From the NCBI GenBank assembly GCA_963823555.1, contig CAWGMA010000003.1:160001-224000 (forward strand): a stretch of 64,000 nt of DNA, given 5' to 3'. Positions within the stretch are counted from its first letter, which is position 1. The number at the start of each line of letters is the position of its first letter. This document shows positions 41,578-51,088 of this stretch, piece after piece. The notes under the pieces are model-generated. The model made no database searches. It was not told the origin of the DNA and saw only the letters and a program-made list of their open reading frames with translations. This DNA is from Candidatus Eiseniibacteriota bacterium (lineage in GTDB: Bacteria > Eisenbacteria > RBG-16-71-46 > CAVPCR01). The translations under genes were made by a program, and so were the position numbers.

Positions 41578-43419
41578 TCATACCTCGAGCCCGACGGCGC
41601 GCATCAGGGCGAGGGCGTTGCTCTTGGTGACGACTCCCGGCCGCATCTGGTAGTCGAAGGTCATGCGGCCGTCCTCGAGATGATCCTCGAAGTGCACGTT
41701 CGCGGCGCGGGGGGCCAGCACTTCGGCGACGTGGGCGAGCGCGAGATCATGGGTGGTCACGAGTCCGATCGCGCCCCGCTCGATGAGGCTTCGCACCACC
41801 GCCTCCGCACCGATCTTCCGGTCATGGGAGTTGGTGCCGTGAAGGAGCTCATCGAACAGGAAGAGCAAAGGCGGCGCTCCACGCCCGAGCTCGACCAGCT
41901 GCTTGAGCCGCGTGATCTCCGCATAGAAGCGCGAGACCCCTGCCTTGAGGGAGTCGTGGATACCGATCGTCGCGCCGACGGCGAGCGGTGACAGGCGAAG
42001 CCGATGAGCCCGCACCGGGCCGCCGGCCAGGGCCAGCACCGTGTTCACGCCCGCGGTGCGGAGGAGCGTGCTCTTCCCCGACATGTTGGAGCCGCTCACC
42101 ACCAGCACCTGGAGCTCGCGGTCGAGCCGGAGGTCGTTCCGCACGAGGAGGCGCTCCGGAATCAGTGGGTGCCCGACCCCCTCGGCCTCGAACAGGGGGC
42201 CTTCAGCGGCGATCTCGGGGAAGGGATCCGCCGGATGCTCGTAGGCGTGGCTCGCGAGCGAGGACAGGGCTTCGATCTCCGCCACGGCGTCGATCCAGGC
42301 CTGGATCTCCCGCCCGTGCCGCGCGCGCCAGGACTCGATGGCGAAGGCGAGCTGCAGTCGCCAGAGGAGGAGGAACGCCAGCGGCGCAAAGAAGAGGTTG
42401 TGCTGCGAATCGGCCAGCTCGATCAAGCGCGCGAGCCGGGCGATCTGCCTCGAGGCGGGAACCCCCGCGAATTCGAGTGAGGCCCGCAGCGTCCGCAGTC
42501 GCGTCGCCTGCCATGGCTCGCGCTCGATGCGGGCGAGAAGATGAGCGAGGAGCGACAGCTCGGCGGCGGCGTGCTCGGCGCCCGCGTGCACGAGCTGAAC
42601 GCGGTCCTTGAAGGACCTCTCGAAGAGCATCCTCGCGAGCACGACGGCGACGAACGGGTATGGACCGAGGCCGAAGCGGAGCCAGCCCACGAGCGTTGCG
42701 ATCCCCAGCACGCCGAGGAGGAGAGCGATCGCCCGGGCTCTCGTCGGGTGGAGCATGATCGGCCCCGCCCCCCAGATCGAGAGCTCGACCGGATTCATGC
42801 CGGCCTCGACATCGGGACCGAGAACGGCGAGATCTTCCCGCAGGTCGAGCCGGTCCCTGAGCTCGGCGACCGCCCCCTGGCGGTCGCGGAGCACGGCCAG
42901 CGTGGCCGGCGCAATGAGCCACGAGGCGAGAGTCTCCATGCCGCGACTGGTGCGAGCCTGACAGAGGAGCTCGAAGAGAGAGCCGATGCCGAAGACGTCG
43001 AGGTCCGCCGCGTACGGGTGATCCTCGGTGCGGAAGCGCTCGCCGGCCTCGCCACGGCCAGCCCAGTCATCCGCGAGGCGTTCGAGGCCGCGGTCATAGA
43101 ACTCGGCCGCGCGCAGCACCTGGGCTCGCGCGGTACGGACCCGCGCGTGCAGGAGGACGAGAATCACGAAGAGGGCCAGCGGAACGGATAGCCAGAGGAT
43201 GGAGAAGGCGTGACGCGCGATGGCCAGCCAGGCCAGGAGCACGAGCGCGGCGAAGGCCGCGAGGCGAGCGTTGGCGATGGCGATGTCGCGCCGGCCGAGA
43301 CGATCGGCCTCGCTCCGTCGTGCCGCGAGGCGCTGCTCGTAGGTCTCGCGGGGAACGGACGGCGTCCTTCGCTCATCCGCACCTTCATCCGATGCCAAGG
43401 TCATCATCCGGTCCATCAT
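41578..43419 (-). CDS. Membrane-anchored MutS domain V (ATPase) protein
   Basis: N-terminal TM segments; DLDVFG..SLF; GSNMSGKST, SRFYAE, DELLHGTN, TTHD; no mismatch-recognition domain seen. Confidence 0.88.
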   Translation of the reverse strand: MMDRMMTLASDEGADERRTPSVPRETYEQRLAARRSEADRLGRRDIAIANARLAAFAALVLLAWLAIARHAFSILWLSVPLALFVILVLLHARVRTARAQVLRAAEFYDRGLERLADDWAGRGEAGERFRTEDHPYAADLDVFGIGSLFELLCQARTSRGMETLASWLIAPATLAVLRDRQGAVAELRDRLDLREDLAVLGPDVEAGMNPVELSIWGAGPIMLHPTRARAIALLLGVLGIATLVGWLRFGLGPYPFVAVVLARMLFERSFKDRVQLVHAGAEHAAAELSLLAHLLARIEREPWQATRLRTLRASLEFAGVPASRQIARLARLIELADSQHNLFFAPLAFLLLWRLQLAFAIESWRARHGREIQAWIDAVAEIEALSSLASHAYEHPADPFPEIAAEGPLFEAEGVGHPLIPERLLVRNDLRLDRELQVLVVSGSNMSGKSTLLRTAGVNTVLALAGGPVRAHRLRLSPLAVGATIGIHDSLKAGVSRFYAEITRLKQLVELGRGAPPLLFLFDELLHGTNSHDRKIGAEAVVRSLIERGAIGLVTTHDLALAHVAEVLAPRAANVHFEDHLEDGRMTFDYQMRPGVVTKSNALALMRAVGLEV

Positions 43420-43742
43420 CTCCTCAGAACGGCTGTGGCCTGCACGGGCTCTACAGGCGACGGATGGTAGCAGGTGTGGCCAGATTTGCCTTCCTGGTTC
43501 TAACCCTATGTCATGCCTGGCGTTGAGGCGCTGTTGCCGCGGCCGGTCCACGCTTCGGCTCAGCGCCCAGGGCCCGGATTGCGGAGTTCAGTCGCTTCCG
43601 CTACATTCCGCTGTCGGCATTCGGTCTCGCGATGTGCTGCCGCGGACGCGAGTTGGCTCTTGTCCGGGGTTCGACCCGATCGACTGCGCCACGGGAGCGG
43701 CGGGTATCCGGCCACATCGACCTCTATTAAGGGAGCAGAACG

Positions 43743-44066
43743 ATGAAGCACAGGTCTTGGCTGATCTTGGCGATGCTGTTGCTGATCGGATCCGCGTTCC
43801 TTGCCTGCGGCACGAAGGAAGCCGAGCAGGCGGGACACGAAGCCGGTCAAGCGATGGAACAGGCGGGTGAGGCCGTTCAGGAAGGCGCCGAGCAGGCCGG
43901 CGAAGCGGTCGGCGAGGCGGTTGAAGGAGCTGGCGAAGCGGTCGGCGAGGCGGCCAAGGACGCCGGCGAAGCGGTCGGCGAGGCGGCCAAGGACGCCGGC
44001 GAAGCGGTCGGTGAGGCGGCCAAGGACGCCGGCGAGAAGACGAAGGAAGCCGTCGGCGGCCATTAG
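43743..44066 (+). CDS. Small lipoprotein with 11-residue helical repeats (LEA-like)
   Basis: Lipobox FLA-C; repeats of AGEAVGEAAKD. Confidence 0.8.
   Translation: MKHRSWLILAMLLLIGSAFLACGTKEAEQAGHEAGQAMEQAGEAVQEGAEQAGEAVGEAVEGAGEAVGEAAKDAGEAVGEAAKDAGEAVGEAAKDAGEKTKEAVGGH
43896..44036 (+). repeat. 33-bp coding tandem repeat, about 4.3 copies
   Basis: Unit GCCGGCGAAGCGGTCGGCGAGGCGGCCAAGGAC at 43896, 43929, 43962, 43995, partial at 44028. Confidence 0.9.
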
Positions 44067-44093
44067 AATCCAGCAGGCCCTCCACCGAGCTCA

Positions 44094-44119
44094 TTCCGGC
44101 CCGCGCGTGCGGGCCGGAA
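44094..44119. terminator. Hairpin between convergent genes
   Basis: TTCCGGCCCGC-GCGT-GCGGGCCGGAA; a second stem lies at 44131-44163. Confidence 0.55.
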
Positions 44120-44186
44120 CGGAGAAGAGAACCCCCGCCAGCGCCATCGACGCCGGCGGGGGTCGTGCTTTGCCCTCGAGTCGCCG

Positions 44187-45989
44187 CTAGCTCCCGAGAA
44201 GCACCTTCTCCTCCGACTCGCGTGCGAACTGATTGGTGTAGAGCCGGTAGTAGGCGCCACGCTGTGTCAGGAGTTCGGCATGGCGTCCCTGCTCGATGAT
44301 CCGACCGTCCTCGATGACGAGGATCCGGCTCGCGGAGCGGATGGTGGAGAGCCGATGGGCGATCACGAAGCTCAGTCTGCCCGTCAGGATCTTCTCGATG
44401 CCGTCCTGGATCAGGCGCTCCGTCTCCGTATCCACCGACGATGTCGCCTCATCCAGGATGAAGATCTCGGGATCAGCAAGCACGGCGCGCGCGAGCGCGA
44501 CGAGCTGCTTCTGTCCGGTCGACAGCCTGGTTCCACCCTCACCCACGGGCGTGGCGTAGCCCTCCGGCAGACCGGCGATGAAGCGGTCCGCATTGGCCCA
44601 TCGCGCCGCGGCGAGCATCTCCTCGTCGGTCGCCTCGAGCCTCCCGTAGCGGATGTTCTCGGCGATGGTCCCGCTGAAGAGATGCGGTGACTGGAGCACG
44701 GTGCCGAGACGCGATTGCAGCCAGGGAAGCGAGTAGTCGCGATAATCGCGCCCGTTGAGCTTGATCGCGCCCGCGGTCGGCTCGTAGAAGCGGCAGAGAA
44801 GCCCCATGATCGTGCTCTTGCCGCTTCCCGTGGCCCCGACCAGGGCGATGGTCTCGCCCGCATGCACCGCGAGGTTGAAATCGTCGAGCACCGGTTCCCC
44901 CGCCTGGTAGGCGAACGACACATGGTCGAACTCGACCGTCGCGATCCGGCCCGGGGGCGGATCCGCGGCGAGCGCGGCCGGTGTATCCCGGACTTCGGGC
45001 ACCGTGTCGAGGAGCCCCTGCAGCCGCTCGGCCGAAGCCTGGGCCGCCTGCAGCTGGGTGAAACGCTCCGCCATTTCCTGGATGGGGATCGTGAACAGGG
45101 TCGCGTACTGCATGAAGGCGATGAGAGTTCCCAGGCTCAACTCGCCGCCGACGGCGATCCCACCGCGCCAGAGCGCGAGTCCCGCCCCCACGCTGCCCAG
45201 CGTGATGACGATCGGCAGGTAGACCGCCGCCGTGAGGGCGTTCCGGATCGAGGACTGGTACATCTCGCCGGAGAGCACCTGGAATTCGGCCAGGCTCTCC
45301 GCCTCCCGTCCCAGCGACTTGGTCGTCTGCACTCCGGTGATCGCCTCGTTGAAGCTGGCGGTGATCTGGGAGTTGATGCGGCGCACCGCCCGCTGGGTGC
45401 GCAGGAGCCGCCGCTGGAACCAGAGGCTCACCACCACGAGCGGGGGCACGATGACCATCACCATGAGGGCCAGCCGCCAGTGGAGAGTGAGCATGAAGAC
45501 GGTGATGCCGGTGAGCAGCGCCGATCCCCAGACCATGTCGAGCATGGTCCAGGGGATGACCGAGGACAGGCGACTGGCATCGGAGGTGAGCCGCGCCATC
45601 AGCCAGCCCACGGGGCGGCGGTCATAGAACGAGAACGAGAGCTCCTGCAGATGGGCGAAAGCGTCCCGCCGGAGGTCGTGAGCGAGTGCCGCCGCCGTGC
45701 CGCCGGCCGTCACGATGAAGCGCCAGATGAGAAGCGCGATGACGGCCACCAGTCCGAGGTAGTAGATGCCGTAGCGGGCCAGGGCCTGCCTGTCGGCGGC
45801 CGTCGCGCTGTCGATGATCCGGCCGGTCAATAGCGGCAGGACGGCGTCGGCGACAGCGAGCACGACGCCGCATAGGGCGAGCGTGGCCAGCCGCCGGCGA
45901 TAGGGACGGGCATGCGCGACGATGCGCCGCCAGAGGGCGACGTCGAGACCCCTGAGCGGCTGCTCGTCTTGTAGTTCATGTTCCATCAT
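44187..45989 (-). CDS. ABC exporter half-transporter (TMD+NBD), subunit 2
   Basis: TM domain; GATGSGKS, degenerate signature LSTGQKQ, ILDEATS, IAHRLS. Confidence 0.92.
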   Translation of the reverse strand: MMEHELQDEQPLRGLDVALWRRIVAHARPYRRRLATLALCGVVLAVADAVLPLLTGRIIDSATAADRQALARYGIYYLGLVAVIALLIWRFIVTAGGTAAALAHDLRRDAFAHLQELSFSFYDRRPVGWLMARLTSDASRLSSVIPWTMLDMVWGSALLTGITVFMLTLHWRLALMVMVIVPPLVVVSLWFQRRLLRTQRAVRRINSQITASFNEAITGVQTTKSLGREAESLAEFQVLSGEMYQSSIRNALTAAVYLPIVITLGSVGAGLALWRGGIAVGGELSLGTLIAFMQYATLFTIPIQEMAERFTQLQAAQASAERLQGLLDTVPEVRDTPAALAADPPPGRIATVEFDHVSFAYQAGEPVLDDFNLAVHAGETIALVGATGSGKSTIMGLLCRFYEPTAGAIKLNGRDYRDYSLPWLQSRLGTVLQSPHLFSGTIAENIRYGRLEATDEEMLAAARWANADRFIAGLPEGYATPVGEGGTRLSTGQKQLVALARAVLADPEIFILDEATSSVDTETERLIQDGIEKILTGRLSFVIAHRLSTIRSASRILVIEDGRIIEQGRHAELLTQRGAYYRLYTNQFARESEEKVLLGS

Positions 45990-47830
45990 GACGACACCTC
46001 CGAGGTCTCGGTCGCCTCCTCGTCCAGCAATTCGTCGCGCAGATTCTCCTCGAGCGCCGTCTGGATCTGCCAGAGCCGGCGGTAGAGGCCGTCTTCCGCG
46101 AGCAGTGTGGTATGCGATCCCTCCTGCAGGACTCGGCCCCGGTCCAGAGCCACGATGCGGTCCGCGTGCATGAGCGTGGACAGCCGGTGGGCGATGACCA
46201 CGGTCGTGTAGCGGCCGCGCCGCGCGCGGAGCGCGGTGAGGATCATGCTCTCGGTCTCCGTGTCCACCGCGGACAGCGCGTCGTCCAGGATCAGGATCGC
46301 GGGCTCGCGCACGAGCGCGCGGGCGAGCGCCACCCGCTGGCGCTGGCCGCCCGAGAGCGTGACTCCGCGCTCGCCAACGAGCGTGTCGTATCCGGCCTCG
46401 AAGCCGGTGATCGAATCGTGCACGCAGGCGGTGGCGGCCGCCTCGACGATCTCCTCGTCGCGGGCGGTGCCCCGTCCGAGGCGGATGTTCTCCCGCACCG
46501 ACTTCGAGTAGAGAAAGGGCTCCTGCATGACGACGGCGATGTGGGCCCTGAGCGCCTTCCGGCCGAGGGTCGTGATCTCCCGCCCGTCGATGCGGATCGA
46601 GCCCTGAGTCGGGTCGTAGAAGCGGAGGAGGAGGTTCACGATCGTCGACTTGCCCGCGCCGGAGGGGCCGAGCAGCGCCAGCGTCTCGCCCGATCCCACG
46701 CGGAAAGAGACCTGATCGAGGACTCGCGGGCCGTCGCCATGGGCGAAGCTCACCCCTTCGAACTCGATATCGCCGGCGACCGTCAGCGGTCCGCCGCGCA
46801 GGATCACCTCGCTCTCGCGCTCGGCACCGAGGATTTCCTCGATGCGGCCCATGGCCACCGAGGCCTTGCCGAGCTCGGTCAGGATGCGACCAAGCATGCG
46901 GATCGGCCAGATGAACATGTTCACCGCAGCGAGGAAGAAGTAGAACGTGCCCACCGGGATCTGCCCCAGCGCCAGCCAGAGGCCGCCCACCGCCACCAGC
47001 ACCACCTTCTGGCCCATGCACATGAAGTCGGAGATCGACCAGTACCAGGCGAGGAGCCGGAAGTACTGCGTGTCGAGATCGCGATAGGTTCGAATCCGCT
47101 CGCCGAACTTCTCCTTCTCGAAGTCCTGGCGGGCGAAGGCACGCACCACCCGGATCCCGGTCAGGTTCTCCTGGAGGGTGCTCGTCATTCGCCCCTCGGC
47201 TTCATCCACCAGCTTGAACGTCGCTCGCACCCTCCTGAAGAAGAAGAACGAGAAGATGACGATCGGGGGGATGAAGACCACCGAAACGGCGGCGAGTCGC
47301 CAGTCGAGGGCCACCATGAGCGGAATCGGCACCATCATCATGAGCGCCGCCCGTCCGATCTCGACGATCTGAGTGGCCAGGAACTGGCGAAACGTCTCCA
47401 CGTCGGAGGTGCATCGCTGCACGAGGTCCCCGGTTTCGGCCCGGTCGTGGTAGGCCGCCGGCAGATGCGCGAGATGGTCATGGAGCCGATCACGGACGCG
47501 GCGCGCGATGGACTCGCTGGCCATGGCCGACCAGCGTCCGCGCAGGTAGGCGAACCCGCCGGCGATCGCTGTCAGGACGACGATGGCCACCGCCGCGATC
47601 CAGAGATGGCTCTGCAGGAACTCGCGTCCGCCGGCAAGACCGACAGCCCACCGGACGAGCGGGGCCGCCCTCTCGGGCTCGCTCGTGAGCACGCCGTCGA
47701 GCACCACCTGGGGCACGAGCGGGACCAGGTATATGAAGCATGAGCCGAGGACGAGCGCGAATAGCGCTCCGCCATAGCGGAGGCGTTGTCCCCTGGTCAG
47801 TTGCCAGATGAGTCGATGATTGGCGTTCAT
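45986..47830 (-). CDS. ABC exporter half-transporter (TMD+NBD), subunit 1
   Basis: GPSGAGKS, LSGGQRQR, non-canonical Walker B ILDDALS, typical of heterodimeric exporters; alternative start 47881. Confidence 0.92.
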   Translation of the reverse strand: MNANHRLIWQLTRGQRLRYGGALFALVLGSCFIYLVPLVPQVVLDGVLTSEPERAAPLVRWAVGLAGGREFLQSHLWIAAVAIVVLTAIAGGFAYLRGRWSAMASESIARRVRDRLHDHLAHLPAAYHDRAETGDLVQRCTSDVETFRQFLATQIVEIGRAALMMMVPIPLMVALDWRLAAVSVVFIPPIVIFSFFFFRRVRATFKLVDEAEGRMTSTLQENLTGIRVVRAFARQDFEKEKFGERIRTYRDLDTQYFRLLAWYWSISDFMCMGQKVVLVAVGGLWLALGQIPVGTFYFFLAAVNMFIWPIRMLGRILTELGKASVAMGRIEEILGAERESEVILRGGPLTVAGDIEFEGVSFAHGDGPRVLDQVSFRVGSGETLALLGPSGAGKSTIVNLLLRFYDPTQGSIRIDGREITTLGRKALRAHIAVVMQEPFLYSKSVRENIRLGRGTARDEEIVEAAATACVHDSITGFEAGYDTLVGERGVTLSGGQRQRVALARALVREPAILILDDALSAVDTETESMILTALRARRGRYTTVVIAHRLSTLMHADRIVALDRGRVLQEGSHTTLLAEDGLYRRLWQIQTALEENLRDELLDEEATETSEVSS

Positions 47831-47944
47831 CGCCCTGTTCCTGTGCGGCGGCGCCTTCAAGCGCCGCCGTCGCGAGGCCATGGGTCAGCGGTCGGGGAAC
47901 GGGCGGAGAGCGGGCTCGGGCCGGATTCAGTCGGCAGAAAGCGA

Positions 47945-47978
47945 TCGAGCCCGCTCCCCGGCGAGGGAGCGGGCTCGA
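47945..47978 (-). terminator. Attenuator-type terminator in the leader of the ABC exporter operon
   Basis: Perfect 14-bp stem TCGAGCCCGCTCCC/GGGAGCGGGCTCGA, followed on the minus strand by TCGCTTTCT. Confidence 0.65.
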
Positions 47979-48001
47979 AGGACGAGTCTCAAGTCAACGT
48001 C

Positions 48002-48091
48002 CTAGGAAGCCGGGCTCCCTCCATCCCCAGCCGGGGGAAGGACGACCAGGCAAGGGACCTGGCCGGTGATGATGAGGACGTTGATCTTCAT
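48002..48091 (-). CDS. Putative 29-aa leader peptide MKINVLIITGQVPCLVVLPPAGDGGSPAS
   Basis: AAGGAG RBS, ATG 48091, TAG 48004-48002; lies between a promoter and the terminator. Confidence 0.6.
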   Translation of the reverse strand: MKINVLIITGQVPCLVVLPPAGDGGSPAS

Positions 48092-48148
48092 GCGTAAACG
48101 CTCCTTAGGGGTTCGCACGGCGGATTCCCACCGGATTGATATGCGAAC

Positions 48149-48177
48149 ACTCTACGCGCATCGCAGGGCTCTGTAAA
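48149..48177 (-). promoter_or_regulatory. Sigma70-type promoter for leader peptide and ABC exporter
   Basis: Minus strand TTTACA-N17-TAGAGT. Confidence 0.6.
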
Positions 48178-48197
48178 GCGGAATCATGAATTCGCCT

Positions 48198-49661
48198 TCA
48201 CCGCTCGTAGGATTCGCGGCGAGATGCAGCGGAGAGCGGTGTCAGAAAGCGGAGAGGATCGGAGAGCACTTGCGCTCGGACCTCGGCGAGCGTGGTCCCG
48301 CCGCCGTAGCTCACAGCCGATTGCAGATGCCCGCGCAGCCGATGGAGGATGGCGACGACACTCCCCTGGTAGGGGATCTGGACCTCATGGCCTTCTGCCG
48401 GGATGCCCAGCGCCGATTCGAGCGGCTCGCCATCATCCTCGAGCTGCGCTCCGAAGACCGCCTGGGGAGAGGTCATACCGCGATAGATCTTGCGCTTCTC
48501 ACGAGTGGCGGGGTCCTCGATCACATGCCCCGGTGCTTCGTCGGTCCCGGAGAGCATGCTGCCGAGCATCACGGTCGAGGCCCCGCAGATGAGGGCCAGG
48601 AAGACGTCCTTGTCGTGACGCACGCCACCGTCGGCGATCAGCGGGATCGAGTCGCCCAGCGCACAGTGGATCTCGCGAATCGCCTGCAGCTGGGGCACAC
48701 CGGCGGCCGTTTCGAGCCGCGTGCGGCAGCCGCGTCCGGGTCCGATGCCGATCTTGATGCCATCGACGCCGAGATCGGCGAGGAAGCGGGCACCATCGGC
48801 GGTGCCCACATTGCCGGCGATGAGCGTGAGATCGCCGAGATGACGGCGGAGCGCGGCCACGGCATCCCGCATGGCCAGCGAATGCCCATGGGCGATGTCG
48901 ACGAGGATGGCATCGGTGCCGGCGGCCAGAAGCTCCTGGGCGCGTTCGACGGAATCTCCGCGCGCACCGACCGCCGCGCCGACCAGCAGTCGCCCCTTCG
49001 CGTCCCGGCTCGAACCGGGAAGCTGGCGTGAGATCAGGATGTCCTTCTTGGTGATGAGACCGGCAATGTGGCCTTCCTCGTCGACGAGCGGCAGCTTCTC
49101 GATCCGGTGCTCGAACATCACCTGCTCGGCATCCTCGGCCGCGATCCCCGGCCGGGCGATGATCAGCTTCTGGCGTGGCGTCATGAACTCATCGACACGA
49201 TGATCGAGCCGATCCCCGGTCCAGGGGATATCGCGGTTCGAGAGCAGGCCGGCGAGGACGCGACTGCCATGCTCTTCCTCGATCAGGATGCCGGTGATGT
49301 TGTGCTGCTTGATGAACTCGATGGCATCGCGGATGGTGACGTCCCGGGGGAGAGAGAGCGGCTGCTCGACGACGTAGCCCTGACTCCGTTTCACCCGCTT
49401 CACCATGGCGACCTGCTCGGCGATCGGCATCGCGCGATGGATGAAACCGATGCCGCCCTCGAGCGCCATCGTCTTCGCCATCTGCATCTCGGTGACGCTG
49501 TCCATGTTGGCGGAGACGATGGGGAAGTGGAGGGCATGGTGCTTGGAGAGCCGCGTCGTGAGGGAGACCCGTCGGCGCGAGGCGACCCGACCCAGTTGCG
49601 GCCGGAAGAGGAAATCATCGTAGGTGCGGCCGATGAAGATCCGTTCGAGATCCCTGTCCAT
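48198..49661 (-). CDS. guaB: Divergent IMP dehydrogenase/GMP reductase family protein with CBS pair
   Basis: TYDD, SANMDSVTE, GGIGFIH, CBS domains, VDIAHGHS, AGNV, IADGG, YRGM; atypical Cys loop GPGRGCRTR, so the activity is uncertain and the symbol is family-level only. Confidence 0.85.
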   Translation of the reverse strand: MDRDLERIFIGRTYDDFLFRPQLGRVASRRRVSLTTRLSKHHALHFPIVSANMDSVTEMQMAKTMALEGGIGFIHRAMPIAEQVAMVKRVKRSQGYVVEQPLSLPRDVTIRDAIEFIKQHNITGILIEEEHGSRVLAGLLSNRDIPWTGDRLDHRVDEFMTPRQKLIIARPGIAAEDAEQVMFEHRIEKLPLVDEEGHIAGLITKKDILISRQLPGSSRDAKGRLLVGAAVGARGDSVERAQELLAAGTDAILVDIAHGHSLAMRDAVAALRRHLGDLTLIAGNVGTADGARFLADLGVDGIKIGIGPGRGCRTRLETAAGVPQLQAIREIHCALGDSIPLIADGGVRHDKDVFLALICGASTVMLGSMLSGTDEAPGHVIEDPATREKRKIYRGMTSPQAVFGAQLEDDGEPLESALGIPAEGHEVQIPYQGSVVAILHRLRGHLQSAVSYGGGTTLAEVRAQVLSDPLRFLTPLSAASRRESYER

Positions 49662-49811
49662 GGCGCCCGGAGTATAGCGCCGTGACGCCGTCCCGCCCAG
49701 GGAAGCCGGCCGGCATCGGTCGGAGCGGCCCGGAGCTTGTTGCGCCGCGGCGCGGGACATAGGAGACTTTTCGTGCCCGGCCGCGCCTCCCATCGGTGAT
49801 AAGAGAAAGCC

Positions 49812-51080
49812 ATGTCCTCCTTCACGGCATCGGCGCGTGAGCGCGTGATCCTCCATCTCGATATGGATGCGTTCTATGCCGCCGTCGAGGTGCGCGAGGA
49901 TCCCGCGCTGGCCGGGAAGCCGCTCATCATCGGCCACCGCGGTCGGCGTGGCGTGGTGTCGACGTGTTCCTACGAGGCGCGCCGATTCGGTGTGCGCTCG
50001 GCGATGCCGTCCCTCACCGCCGAGCGGCTCTGTCCCGACGCGACCTGGCTTCCGGGTCGCATGGATCTCTATGTCCGGGTGTCGCATGCGATCCGGTCCA
50101 TCCTTGCCGGGTTCACGCCGATCATCGAGCCGCTCTCGATCGACGAGGCATTCCTCGATCTCTCCGGCATCGCACGGGATCTCCAGGCCGGCCGCGAGGT
50201 CGCTGTCGCCCTCAAGCAGCGCATCCGGACTCAGGAGCGACTGACCGCCTCGGTCGGTGTCGCCCCCAACAAGTTCCTGGCCAAGCTCGCCTCCGACATG
50301 GAGAAGCCGGACGGACTCGTGGTGTTCCCCCTGTCGCTCGTTCCCGAGCGCTTGTGGCCGCTGCCGGTGGGGCGGCTCTGGGGCGTGGGCCCGAAGACGG
50401 CCCAGCGTCTCGAGTCGGGCAGGATCAGGATCGTCCGGGACCTGGTCGAGTCCGAAGCTGAAGTCATTGCTCGCCTCGTCGGCGAGTCGGCGGCCCATCA
50501 CCTCCGCGCCCTCGCCCGCGGTGAGGACACACGCCCGGTGGTGCCCGAGCATGAGGCCAAGTCGATGTCCGAGGAGCGGACCTATCTCAATGATCTTCGT
50601 GCCCCCGACGAGATCGATGAGTCGCTCCTGGCCCGGGCCGAGGGCGTGGCCCGGCAATTGCGCGCCGCCGGGTTGCGTGGACGCACGGTGCACCTCAAGG
50701 TGCGCACCGGAGACTTCACCACCTGGACCCGCGCTCACACCCTCGATGCCGCGACCGATCTCGCCGAGGTCATCGTGAGCACCGCGCGTATGCTCTTCCG
50801 CGAGCGGATTCATCTCGGAGGGCGAGGCGTGCGGCTGCTCGGGGTCGGAATGAGCGGCCTGGAACCCGCGACGGTGCGGTCCGAGCGGCAGTTCGAGCTC
50901 TTCGCGACGAGGGCCGCCGATCCCGATTCCAGGGAGGAGCGGCTTGAACGCCTGGCGCGGGCCACGGATGCGGTTCGCAAGCGGTTGGGCCGCGATGTCC
51001 TCAAGCGGGCGCGGCTCCTTGGAAAGCCGGAGCGCGATCCCGGCGAGGGCGAGGCCTCGAGTTTGCCCTCGGTGGACTGA
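49812..51080 (+). CDS. dinB: DNA polymerase IV
   Basis: HLDMDAFYAAVE, YEARRFG, SIDEAF, NKFLAKLASD..KPDG, WGVG. Confidence 0.95.
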   Translation: MSSFTASARERVILHLDMDAFYAAVEVREDPALAGKPLIIGHRGRRGVVSTCSYEARRFGVRSAMPSLTAERLCPDATWLPGRMDLYVRVSHAIRSILAGFTPIIEPLSIDEAFLDLSGIARDLQAGREVAVALKQRIRTQERLTASVGVAPNKFLAKLASDMEKPDGLVVFPLSLVPERLWPLPVGRLWGVGPKTAQRLESGRIRIVRDLVESEAEVIARLVGESAAHHLRALARGEDTRPVVPEHEAKSMSEERTYLNDLRAPDEIDESLLARAEGVARQLRAAGLRGRTVHLKVRTGDFTTWTRAHTLDAATDLAEVIVSTARMLFRERIHLGGRGVRLLGVGMSGLEPATVRSERQFELFATRAADPDSREERLERLARATDAVRKRLGRDVLKRARLLGKPERDPGEGEASSLPSVD

Positions 51081-51088
51081 GCCCAGCC

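Noticed and set aside
37729..43419. Kinase plus MutS-like ATPase as a defence system
   Set aside because: Opposite strands, common stand-alone architectures, no nuclease or methylase partners.
43896..44036. 33-bp repeats as a possible CRISPR array
   Set aside because: No spacers, in-frame coding repeat, no cas genes.
48002..48091. Leader peptide as a RiPP precursor or amino-acid biosynthesis attenuator
   Set aside because: No modification enzymes or biosynthetic genes downstream; Ile/Val/Leu sensing cannot be fully excluded.
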